A stretch of DNA of 64,000 nucleotides, taken from contig CBFDEM010000012.1 in the NCBI GenBank assembly GCA_965603825.1, positions 310,001 to 374,000 of the forward strand, given 5' to 3'. Below, piece by piece: positions 48,907 to 59,543 of this stretch. The DNA comes from Blepharisma stoltei ATCC 30299. Taxonomy: Eukaryota; Protista; Ciliophora. Positions within the stretch are counted from its first letter, which is position 1. Each line of letters starts with the position of its first letter. Under the pieces are notes generated by a model. That model saw only the letters and a program-made list of their open reading frames with translations, ran no database searches and was not told where the DNA came from. A program made the position numbers and the translations under genes.

Positions 48907-51138
48907 CTAACTAGCTTGGTATTTTTTCTGAAGCCAAGAAATAGTATCAGGATCAATTTTCATGATTTGTGTTCCCACCCTTCTGTACCTGGGTGTCTCT
49001 GCAGCCATATTGTCAGTGTCTCCTATGGATTCCCCAGGCTGCGTCAGAGTTTTTACACGGTTTCTGCCCATTTCATATTCCCAAGTAAGAAGATTCACTT
49101 TAACCTGTTCTAAGCAGCTTTCGTCAATATAAGGACTTGCAAAATATCCAGCTAAAACTTCATAGAGAGGTAGTACAATGTTTCTAATAAACCCTGCTTG
49201 TGATTTAGGAATATCTGTAGTTTCCCTGTCGCAGTACATCGAAACCTGCTGATTTTTAGATTTTTCGATATCACCCTGTGCAAAAAACTCTTCACATACA
49301 AGCCTACTCCATTTTAAGTGCAAGTCCCTTGTTTTTGCAGCGTGGCCTACGTCAGCTGATTTTATTACCAATTTCAGCACGTCGACCCTCTGCTCAAGTT
49401 TATCGATATTTTTTGGTCCAGTTAGTGTTTTTGCTTTAAATTGTGCCAAAAAGTCCCAATGCTTGCTCATATCAGTAGAAAGGATCATCTCAATGATCAA
49501 CTTCCTCACAGCTAAATAATGGTCGAAATCCAAAGACACTAAAATATTGGAGTGGTCTTCTTGCATTATTTGAAAAGTGGTTGAGCAGTGCATCATTTCA
49601 AGGACTGAGTAATCATTGTCTGCTTAGAAATTACAATTTATTGCTAAAATATCTTTGTTGTTAATAAGAAACCTATTGGTAAAGCCAGGATGGGCAACAT
49701 CGTGTCCCAAAGATGCAATAATAGTAGCAAGCAAGTCAAAATCAGAGAGCAAGTCAGCTAACAATGAGCGGTTAATCATAAACATAGCTGACGCTAGCAC
49801 ATCAGCTGCATGTGTCGAGTTATGATAGGGGTTGTCTTTATACCTCATTTCCAGCTCATAAAAGTAGTTCATAAAAACTTCATCATTTATGTTCAGCGTT
49901 TCGTCGAGGGTGTATTTTTTTATGCAATACCTCCCCATTGTTGATAAAGGCTGATTCTGTGTGCATTCTCTCACGAAAAACATGTCAAAATTCCAGTTTT
50001 TTCCAATTTGTTTTAGAACGCCAATAAGCTCATCTGTGTTATATGCTTTATGGATTGTTATGATCTCGTCAGTTTTCCTTATCTTGATTTTACTTCTAAG
50101 CTTCGCTATCGGCTGAGAATCGTTGGTTGTTTCCTTTATAAAAACTCTATCATCTTCATCTAGATTTTTGGTGATAGCATCAATGCTGACTTTATAAATA
50201 TTGCTTTTGGATCTTATGATATCTATGACTTTATTTAATAATTCTTGTACTCTTCCTATTTTACTTCTCGTTGGTATCACAGATTGTGACAGCAGCTTTG
50301 TGCACTCAATTGACTCTTTGAGGTACCCCATAATTTCTTCTATTTCTGTTTGCGGCTCGCTAGAAGAAATGTGGTCTTCTCCATTTCTTTTGAAAGCTAA
50401 AAATTTTTCACGAGAGATTATTTCGTGCAGGTAAAATTTTTTAGACTCAATAAAAACCCTTGAAATATAAATTGAAAATTCAAAAAAAGTTGTTGATATG
50501 CTTTGGTCTGAACAGAGGTGTATAATCAAATAGAAAATAGCAATCAGCGAGTTTATGATAAAAAATCAGGATAAATTTGTATGGATAATTGAACTCGAGA
50601 CAGACAGAAGAATCAGAAGGCCAAGCATGCATGACATATAGTGATCCATTTTTTCATCAAAAATTAGTTCTTGAATAGGTTGGTTGTTGATTATTAAAAT
50701 TGCAGCTATGATCAAGTATGTGAGAATTAAAGCTGAAGCTCTTAACGATCTAAATAAATCTGTATAAAAGCTAAGAAAATACATAATCGTGCTGAAGAGC
50801 ATATGTCCTGCCATCAGTCCAATTGTGCAAGCACTTATATTTCCACTATCATGATCAGAGGTTGCGACAATGTATAATATTAAGTAAACAATGGAAAGTA
50901 GATAATAACTATATAAGTACAGTCTTAAATCTTGCTTAAATGATTTTGTAATTTTTTCAGGGTACCGATTTCAGTTCACTATAAGATTTTGGTACATCAT
51001 TTCTATTGAGTCATTTGAAAATTTCAAGAAACGGCCTATCGTAATTTGGCTAAGCAATTCGTCTTTTAATGGCATGTCAGTTGCTGATAAAGGATAACCC
51101 TCTTGAGTTGTGGTTCTTCCAATGCCTATTTTAGTCAT
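48907..51138 (-). CDS. Class I cyclic nucleotide phosphodiesterase with N-terminal multi-TM region
   Basis: YHNSTHAADV, HDVAHPGFTN, YNDYSVLE restored by intron 49620-49634, TDMSKH, ADVGH, EFFAQGD, QAGF; TGA 50971 and 50566. Confidence 0.92.
49620..49634 (-). other. 15-nt intron GTAATTTCTAAGCAG
   Basis: Restores the LAINYNDYSVLE PDE motif. Confidence 0.92.
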
Positions 51139-52030
51139 TATAGTGAGATTATCTAATTCGAAATTTGAAGAGAAATGAGACAAAAAGATAAATTTATCGC
51201 AAGCAATATTAGTAAAAAAAGAGCTGGGGAAATGTAACAGCTGACTGATGTCAGTGAATTAAGAAAGATTTGATATTCATTCACTATGAGCATATAATAA
51301 AGATTTTATATATATATCTTATTTCTTTTTTTTTAGAATTTGATTTTTGCTTTGCAAATGCGAAAAAAATTATCTAGCTATATTTTAGCCTTAAATTAAG
51401 AAATTAATTTAGAATAAGCTTGCATCATTCAGAAGTCAGTATTCTATAGGACTTAATTAAAAATATCTGGATTTAATACTTCTTAAATATCAAAATAATC
51501 ATTGATTATAGGCTCTTTTGAAAATCAACTAGCTGAAGATTGATATATTAAATCAAAATTTTAGTCGAAATCATTTTTCCTGGGTTCTGTCTGCTCTTTA
51601 TGAAAAAATAATTTATAGTCATAATAATCATTTGTTTGCTTAATAACCACTTTTTACAGTATTTTATCTTTAAAATAATGAAATGAGAAAGATTTTGCTA
51701 GATATTTGAAATTTTATAGCCTTAATAAATGCTAAATAAACATCATTTTAAATAAATTTAAATAATTCAAGCAGCATTATTTGTAAAATATCGGCATTGA
51801 GCATAAGTATCATCAATCGATTTAATCAAAATAAATATAAAAGATATTGATATTAACTTATCGAAATAAATAGGGTTTTATAGATTTTATGGCTAAAAAC
51901 TAAAAGGGCAAGAATGGCACTAAGTATATTTCTATTAATTATGTCTCAGTTATGCTATTCACAGAATATATGATGTAATTATTCCTACTTTTTATACCCA
52001 CACAATAGTTTTGAAAATGTTTAATTTAGT

Positions 52031-52077
52031 CAGCCTCTGAATAATCCACATCTTTAGGAGTATTCTTCACTTGGCTG
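52031..52077 (-). promoter_or_regulatory. SECIS-like element in the 3' UTR
   Basis: Minus-strand RNA CAGC-CAA-GUGAA-GAAUACUCC-UAAAGAUGU-GGAUUAUUC-AGAG-GCUG: helix I CAGC/GCUG, tandem GA core, 9-position helix II with one mismatch, AAA in the apical loop. Confidence 0.8.
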
Positions 52078-52097
52078 TATTAGTACAATCTTTTGGA

Positions 52098-52526
52098 CTA
52101 ACGTCAAGTCCCAGTAGCGCAAGGCGCTGTGTATGAGCTTGGCCTTCCTATTCGAGGCCCACTTGGGTCATATCGGTTAAGCTCGGCTTTTTTCACTGGC
52201 CTTGGAGGTGGTTGAAGTCCACTATTTCTTGGTTCAGGCTTTTTTTCCTCTTCAATATCTGGCTTTGGCTCTAATTTTTCCTCCTCTTTATCTTCTTCAT
52301 AAACCCTTGCCCTCCTTAGCTCTTCTTGTCGTCTTTCCCAATTTGACCTCACTTCAAGTCTAGTTCGGTTCAAACTTTCTTCAGAGAAAGTCTTTTTATG
52401 GTATATTGAATCTCTAAGCTTGACATATGCTGAAAATAGCAGTATCAATATTAACACGTAAATCCATAAAAAAGAACTATCACCTTTACTCCAAAAAGAC
52501 GGACGTAAGGCTTCGAGATAATCCAT
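52098..52526 (-). CDS. Selenoprotein S/K-family ER membrane protein, 142 aa, penultimate Sec (UGA 52104-52106)
   Basis: Single N-terminal TM, coiled coil, Pro/Gly/Arg-rich tail ending PCATGT-UGA-R-UAG; SECIS-like hairpin immediately downstream. Confidence 0.8.
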
Positions 52527-52565
52527 TACAAATTATAATTACGTGCAGATTAGACATTTTTTACG

Positions 52566-53453
52566 TTATTCTTTAGGGAATGGAAATGAATTTATGTATT
52601 GATCGATATCCACGATCTGCCAATTATAGAATTCTTTTTCGAAATTGGCATCAATAAAGCGCCTAAAACCATATTCTTTGTCGTATTGTTTTTTATCTCT
52701 AGGAAAAAGCTTTTCAAAGCGGATTATATGGAATTCATATTCTTCAGGATCAGCTTCGCCATCAGCTAGGCTATTCTGTGAATATTTGTCATATATTTGG
52801 AACCTCATTTTTGAAAGTAATCCAAAATCCACCTGGCAAATCATTATTGGGTATTTTTCAAAGAGCTCATGAAGATGTTTGGAATCTCTTGGAAAATTTC
52901 TTATATAATAAGGATTTGCACTCTTTTCAATTACTGCATTTTTATCTGAAATTTCATTTAAAAGAGTTTTGTTCCTTAAGCTAAATTCAAGTCTAACTGG
53001 ATAGCCTAAAGCATTTATCTGTAAAACATCGTATTCCGATGGAGAAAAATTTTGATTGATAATAGGTGATATTCCTGTATATGTAATGTATCCAAATAAT
53101 CTATATTCGATCACTTTTTCTCATCGGTTTAATAACTTGGCTCGATACCCATCATTTCTCAATTTCATTCATGCTTTGATTGATTTCTCATAAATTTCTT
53201 CCTTCATTATTTTCTTTAGTGTTTCCTTATCATTTTTGTCAAAAGCAAACATCATATCTATAAACTTTTGCACAAAATCTGCCTTATCAGCTGAAGTCAA
53301 CCCAAAATGTTCAATGCATTTATGGTAAAACCACTATATAGACAATACATAATCATTAGAAGGCGTCCCAAAAGTCCCAAATCTAAAAGGAAAATCAAGG
53401 GTCTGAGTAAAAGGATCGTGATAATTTTTAAGTAAGTGACTAGGCCATTTCAT
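52566..53453 (-). CDS. Hypothetical protein, possibly with a Tim44/mL45-like C-terminal domain; one intron
   Basis: ATG 53453, intron 53334-53348, TGA 53169 and 53121; HIIRFEK...WQIVDID ending. Confidence 0.65.
53334..53348 (-). other. 15-nt intron GTATTGTCTATATAG
   Basis: Removes an in-frame TAG; consensus A10. Confidence 0.82.
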
Positions 53454-53460
53454 GATTATA

Positions 53461-54492
53461 ATGTTGATTTATTTAATACTCATTTCATTAGTCAAAGGAA
53501 ACTGGCACGATGCTCTAGAAGAAGACAACTTTGAAGCAAGTACCTGTGGAAAATATCAATGTGCACCTTCCACTGCTACAGTCCCTTCAGGATATTGTGG
53601 AACAGTCACAAATGTAAACGTTTTCAACTTGAAAGCTTGCCCAACATCAGGAACAAGCACTTTTTGCAATACTACAACATTACAATGCACAGCAGCCCCA
53701 GCCAGTTCTGCATTAGCTTCTTATCCAGGCGAGCCTTGCACAAGTCAATCTGACTGCAAATATGGAACTTGCACAAGCAAAAAATGCGTTGGGGTCGCAA
53801 AGAATGGAAAATGCACAACACATGCCCAATGCGCTCCTGGATTGAGATGCGCGCCTGGTGGGACTTGCACTGCCCAATTGGCAATTGGAACTACAGGGTG
53901 TAGAGACTACCAAGATTGCGTAAATTGGGCTGGCTGCAATGCTACTTATACAAGCACAAATGGGACGTGCACCTCTTATGCAACCCTAAGTAATGGAGCA
54001 GTTGTGACTGACTGTGTTAATGGATGGTCTCATTTATGTAAAAGCGGATTTTGCTCAAATACTCAAAGTTGGTATGGAAATATCGGAATATGCCAATCTG
54101 CTCCAACAAGTGTAAAAACTCTTCCTGTAAGTTGTACACAAGATACTGACTGTGTTGGAACCGATGGGACAAATTTTTATTTAGGTCAATGCACCTGTGG
54201 CTATAATAGCGCTGGAACTTCTTATTGCAGCTCTTTTATTGGAGATGCGCCTGGAGTTTTGCTTATACAGACCTGGCTTAAGACGTTAAAACTCACAACC
54301 TCATGCAACACTGGCAGAAGGGCTAGTAGCGCTTGCATGTCTTTAATTGGCAAAACCACCTTAATGAAGCAAGTAAATTTTGGCTTTGCGCACTACCCAT
54401 TAACTATTAACAACGACGCATGTATAAAATCTATATACACTCCTGCCTATTGGGGTTTATCGCTATCAGAAGAATTTGATACTTTTGAATAA
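53461..54492 (+). CDS. Secreted cysteine-rich repeat protein
   Basis: Signal peptide MLIYLILISLVKG; more than 30 Cys in GxxCxxxxDC-type repeats; start could be 53452. Confidence 0.85.
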   Translation: MLIYLILISLVKGNWHDALEEDNFEASTCGKYQCAPSTATVPSGYCGTVTNVNVFNLKACPTSGTSTFCNTTTLQCTAAPASSALASYPGEPCTSQSDCKYGTCTSKKCVGVAKNGKCTTHAQCAPGLRCAPGGTCTAQLAIGTTGCRDYQDCVNWAGCNATYTSTNGTCTSYATLSNGAVVTDCVNGWSHLCKSGFCSNTQSWYGNIGICQSAPTSVKTLPVSCTQDTDCVGTDGTNFYLGQCTCGYNSAGTSYCSSFIGDAPGVLLIQTWLKTLKLTTSCNTGRRASSACMSLIGKTTLMKQVNFGFAHYPLTINNDACIKSIYTPAYWGLSLSEEFDTFE

Positions 54493-54514
54493 CTCTTAAT
54501 ATTTTTATTAAAAT

Positions 54515-54886
54515 TTAGCTAAAACAATACGCTCTCATATAAGGAATGTACTTAAGCACCAAGTAAAGTTGCTGCTTTATTGTATCCCAGCTTTGCGATG
54601 TAGAGATCTTATAGAGAAAAATGCGAATTTCTGTTTCTACCATTAAGAAGTATTTATTGCAAGATTTTAAATCCAAGGAGAGGAAATCTTGAAAAAGAAG
54701 GGAATAAGGAGATGGAGCGATTTCAGCACAATTTTCTGAGAGCGTTGGACAGCATGCTTCTCCGCAGGTTGTAATAGAATCACTACAGCAAACTAAGTTT
54801 GATTGATCTTGGATGCAAGGATTTTCACAGAGAGAGGTTGCTGAGGCTGCTATAAGAAGCAAAGCAAGAAGGTGAAGATAAGCCAT
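54515..54886 (-). CDS. Small secreted Cys-containing protein
   Basis: Signal peptide MAYLHLLALLLIAASA; CC...C...CC cluster. Confidence 0.7.
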   Translation of the reverse strand: MAYLHLLALLLIAASATSLCENPCIQDQSNLVCCSDSITTCGEACCPTLSENCAEIAPSPYSLLFQDFLSLDLKSCNKYFLMVETEIRIFLYKISTSQSWDTIKQQLYLVLKYIPYMRAYCFS

Positions 54887-55106
54887 TTTATAATAAACCT
54901 TTTTCACAATTTTGAATTAAAATGATTCTGATTCTATTTTCTATTTGCTTTATACTCAGTTTTTATCTTATCATTCATTTCAATTTTTCATTTTTCGCAT
55001 ATCAATTGATTAAAAATCCTATTTCCCTCATATTTAAAATGATCCATAATTAAATTGAATCCTCACTTTAAAAATAATAAGGCGCTGATATTTAAAGTTA
55101 TTTAAA

Positions 55107-55742
55107 ATGGATACCGATATCAAAGAGGAATTTCAGTGCAGCATCTGCTTAGGAGTTCTTGTTCAGCCTAAAGTCCATAAGCCATGCAAGAAAAATTTCT
55201 GTTCTGAGTGCATCACTAATGTAATAAAATTCACAACGTCTCCATGCCCAATCTGCAGATCTCCACTTACATCTGACTTATTGATGACTAATTATAATCT
55301 TTGGGACCAAATAAAATCCTCGCTATATTCCTGTGACTGTAAACAGACTTTTCCGTATACCTCTTATAATGACCATATTTCTATTTGCCCAAGCATCAAA
55401 GAATTAATCAAAAAAGCGTCAAAATCGATAAGGAGACCTAAAATTCCTGTTATAAATAGGTGGACATATAAGTGTCCTTGCTGTGGCTTAAAAAACTTCG
55501 ATAGAGTGTCTTTATTGTTCCACGTGAATAGTAAGCATCAGTATAAAGCAGCGAAATGCACGATTTGTTTAGCTATGCCTTGGGGAGATCCCGATGAAAT
55601 TTGTATTGATATTAATGAACACTTGCAGACAATGCACCAATTTGATTATGATACTTTTACTGTAAAATATATGTAGGATTTTTCAATGGATGATGAAGAA
55701 ATTTTATTGAAAGTGCTAGAGGAGTCACTATATCATCAATAA
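55107..55742 (+). CDS. RNF114/125/138/166-like RING, zinc-finger and UIM E3 ligase, one intron
   Basis: RING CSIC...CPICR, Di19-type CPCC...H...H, CTICLAMPWGDP, FDYDTFT|DFSMDDEEILLKVLEESL after splicing 55662-55676. Confidence 0.9.
55662..55676 (+). other. 15-nt intron GTAAAATATATGTAG
   Basis: Removal adds the family-typical C-terminal UIM. Confidence 0.88.
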
Positions 55743-56123
55743 AACTATTTAATCGTTAAAAAAATTAATTTGTAAATTAAATTTCATATCGTAATGACTT
55801 TCTGCTGTGAATTCGATATAAAACACCAAGCAATTTATAGCGCTATAAGCTAAGTTGGAATAATTTCAGACTAAGATTGTGGGATTATCATATATGCATT
55901 AATAAAAATAATCAGTAATTTCCATTAATTCATTAAAAAAAAATTGACTTATTTCATTCTCTATATCATAATATCAATTTTTACATCCCGCAACCTTCTT
56001 TTTATATTTTTGTAAATTTTATGATAATTCTATCTTAGATGACTTTTTTTAGAATTTTGTTAGTGCTATCTATTGTTAAGGTCAATAATCTGATAGGTTT
56101 TCTATTTTTAGCACTCCAATAAT

Positions 56124-58844
56124 ATGGGAAGTAATTGTGTATGTGGGCAAAGGCAAACAATCTTAGCAACATCAATTGTAAACATAAATCAGCCAATTCA
56201 AACACACGAAGTTTACTTGACTAAGCAAACATCATCATCTCAACTAAATATCACTTCACTCCCCAAGCGAGGCAATACTTTCAAGGTAAAACACAAAGCG
56301 CCAGTTATCGATGAAAGACGCCGCCGAAGTGACGAAGTAAAAGAGCCTTCATCTGCCTCTGTCTCTGACAAAATAAAAACCGAAGCCGACAAGAAAATGA
56401 TTCGTGATGCCCTAAGCAATCATTTTATATTGAAAAATCTTGATGAGGATTCTTTAAGACTCGTAATCGAGCATATGCGATTTTATACTATAAACCCTCG
56501 AGAAATAATTTTTACACAAGGTGAGCCTGGGTTTATTTTTTACGTTTTGTGTACAGGAAGGGTCGAACTGATAATAAACGGAGCAAGAAAAGCTGTAATT
56601 AACGCAGGCTCAGGATTTGGGGAATTAGCACTATTAGATGATAGACCTAGGTCTGGGACCATAAAAACGTTGGAAAGATGCACATTGTGAGGGGTTGATA
56701 GAACTACGTTTAAAGAAGCCATAAAAATCGTGAATGCTCTGAATTTGGAAGAAAATAAAAATTTCCTTGACAGTGTACCGCTGTTAAATCAGCTTACATC
56801 TGAGCAAAAAGACGGGCTTTTAGCTAGTTTGGTAACAGAAAAATGAAGCAGCGGGCAAAGCATAGTAAAAGAAGGAGACACAGGGGATCATTTTTATATT
56901 ATAAAGGAAGGCTGTGTGTCATGCAGTCAAAAGGAAACAGAAATTAGGCAGATGTTTAAAGGCGATTTCTTTGGGGAGCAAGCACTGCTGTACAATTCGC
57001 CAAGAACAGCCACAATCACAGCTATCAGTGAAGTAAAAGTTGTATCTATAGGAAGGCACGCCCTTATGGACGTTCTTGGTAGTAATTTACAACAAATTTT
57101 GTATAAAAACACACAAATGATTGCTATGGATAAATCCCCGAATTTAAAAAACTTTTCAAAGGAGCAAAAAGGGAAAATTATAAATATTATGCGAATTCAG
57201 AATTTTTCTTCAGGAGAAGTCATTATACCCAGAGGGGCGAATAAAGGAGCATTTCTATGAATAATCTTAAGAGGAAGCGTCAGAGGCCTTAAAGAAAAAT
57301 TGAATATTCTTACATGCATTGGCGACGATTTCTTGGTGAATCCTACTGAGGAAAAATATGAAATTGATTATATAGCTGAAACTGATGTAGATATCGCGGA
57401 AATAAGCAAAGAAGAAATAGAAAATTGCGTAGGCGGAAATATTGCTGAAATTCATGCGAGAAACGAAGCTTTGGCTGTAATAAAAAGAGTGCAGCTACTA
57501 AAAGGACTGACTGAAGATAAATATAAAGAGCTTATAAGGATGCTGAAAATTGTTGAGTTTAATGATAAGGATACAGTTGTGGAGCAAGGGGAGCCTGGAA
57601 GTTCGTTTTTCATAATAAAATGCGGAAGGGTCGATGTGATAAGAAATGGTGAAAAATTGAGATCGATCACTAAGCATGATTATTTTGGAGAAAGGTCAAT
57701 ATTATTTAACGACACAAGAAGCGCAACAGTAAAAGCTGATGGAAGTGTAACTTGCTGGATGCTAGAAAAAAATGATTTTTTAGAAATAATTGATGAAGGA
57801 ATACAACAAATGCTCTTAAGCAGAATTGAGCTTCAAGATGACACAATAGAACTTAGTGAACTTGTTCCTATAAAACTAATAGGAAAAGGAGTTCTTGGTA
57901 GCGTATTTTTAACATGTCACAGAACAAAAAATACGTTATATGCCCTAAAAACAGTAACTCGTGAAAAGATTTCTTATTACGGGGTTTATGACTCCATTGT
58001 CCTCGAGCGTACAATCATGATGCAGCTTGATCACATAATGATCATGAAATTAATAAAAACTTTTAAAGACCAGCACCGTATTTATTTTCTGGAGGAATAT
58101 GTTAAAGGCCAAGATCTATTCGATGTCTTACGACATATAGGGATATTGTCAGACGCTGATGCAAAATTTTATACTGCATCGCTGGTTTTAATAATCGAGC
58201 ATCTTCATGAGCGCGATATTATTTATCGTGATTTTAAGCCAGAAAATATTATGATAGATGATATAGGGTACACAAAATTAATTGACTTTGGGACTAGCCG
58301 CATTTTGAAAGGAAGATCATATACAACTGTAGGGACTCCTCACTATATGGCCCCAGAAATAATCAAAGGAGTCGGATATGGGCTATCTGTAGACTGGTGA
58401 AGTTTGGGAGTGATGCTCTATGAATTTTTATATGGGTCCTTACCTTTTGGGGAAGAAGAAAATGACCCAATAGCAGTTTTCGAGTGCATCTTAGAATACC
58501 GATTAATTTTTCCTTCCGAAAATGACCCCATGTCGCCTTCTCGGCAGCTAATTCAGCAGCTGCTAAACAAAAACCCAGGCGCAAGAACTGGAGGAAACCT
58601 AGGGAAGCTTAAAGAACATAGGTGATTTTCAAGTTTTAGCTGAGATAGCTTATTACTGAGAAAAATCAAAAGCCCTTATGTACCAAAAATAGAAATTGAT
58701 ACCAATTTATTAGAAAAAGCGATTAGGAAAAACAAAACGCTAGAAGCTGCTATACAAAAAGTTGAAGGCAAAGATGACTTTAGAAGCAGTGGAATAATAA
58801 TGAAAGATACGCCCGCACCTCCTGACTGGGATAGTGAATTTTAA
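56124..58844 (+). CDS. PKG: cGMP-dependent protein kinase (alveolate type, four CNB-like domains), 906 aa
   Basis: MGSNCVC acylation motif; FGELALL..PRSGT, FGEQALL..PRTAT, one degenerate CNB, FGERSIL..TRSAT; YRDFKPEN, DFG, GTPHYMAPE, WDSEF end; six TGA=W. Confidence 0.93.
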
Positions 58845-58852
58845 TATGAATT

Positions 58853-59488
58853 TTAAATTAAATCATTAATGCTATTAAAAAATTCAGACAGTTTTGGATC
58901 TTCATTCAAAAGCGACTTGAAAAGGTTTTGGTTTGTTGAAGCTGATGAGTTTTGAGGGGGCTTTGAAAGACTCACTGCAGGTTTTGGAGGCTGAGACACC
59001 ATAGAAATTGGCTTTGGAACAGATGTGTAAAATGAATGAACAGGAGAATCGCTTAAAGACTCAGATTCCGACCCAGAGCTTTCTTCCTCACATTTTTCAG
59101 TAGTTTTTTTAGTTCTAATCGAAACAGGAATAAACATTTTTGGTTCAGGCTTCTCTTTAACCAAAATTACTTTTTCCTCCCTTTCTTCTTCACTTTTTTC
59201 TTCATTCATCACATTTCTTATTTCTTTTTGCATTTCTTCCACATTTCTTAGCGAGCTGGTTGTCATCAGTTCACCACACATAGGGTCATTGCTTTCTGGA
59301 GATGGGGATCTTCTTATAACTTTTTTCTTTTTCTCAGGAATTTCGCCATTCTCTCTCTGTTTCATTTTCTTCAAAAAGCTTTGAAGGTTTTTCTTCTGTT
59401 TTATTTTGTATCTTCATTGTTCGACTGGGTTCATTTCTCTTTTTGGCTTTTTTCGGCCAATTCTTAGAGGTATGCTGTTTTTTCCCAT
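58853..59488 (-). CDS. Low-complexity nuclear protein with a WBP11-like N-terminal motif
   Basis: ATG 59488; MNPVEQ-W(TGA)-RYKIKQKK resembles the Wbp11 MNPxD..RK motif; assignment tentative. Confidence 0.6.
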
Positions 59489-59543
59489 TTATATAAAGTA
59501 TAAGGATGACTTAAATAATAATCGTAAAGGCAAATAATAATAA

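Noticed and set aside
16100-58844. CNBD channel, PDE and PKG as a cGMP gene cluster
   Set aside because: They are separated by many unrelated genes and belong to families that are highly expanded in ciliates.
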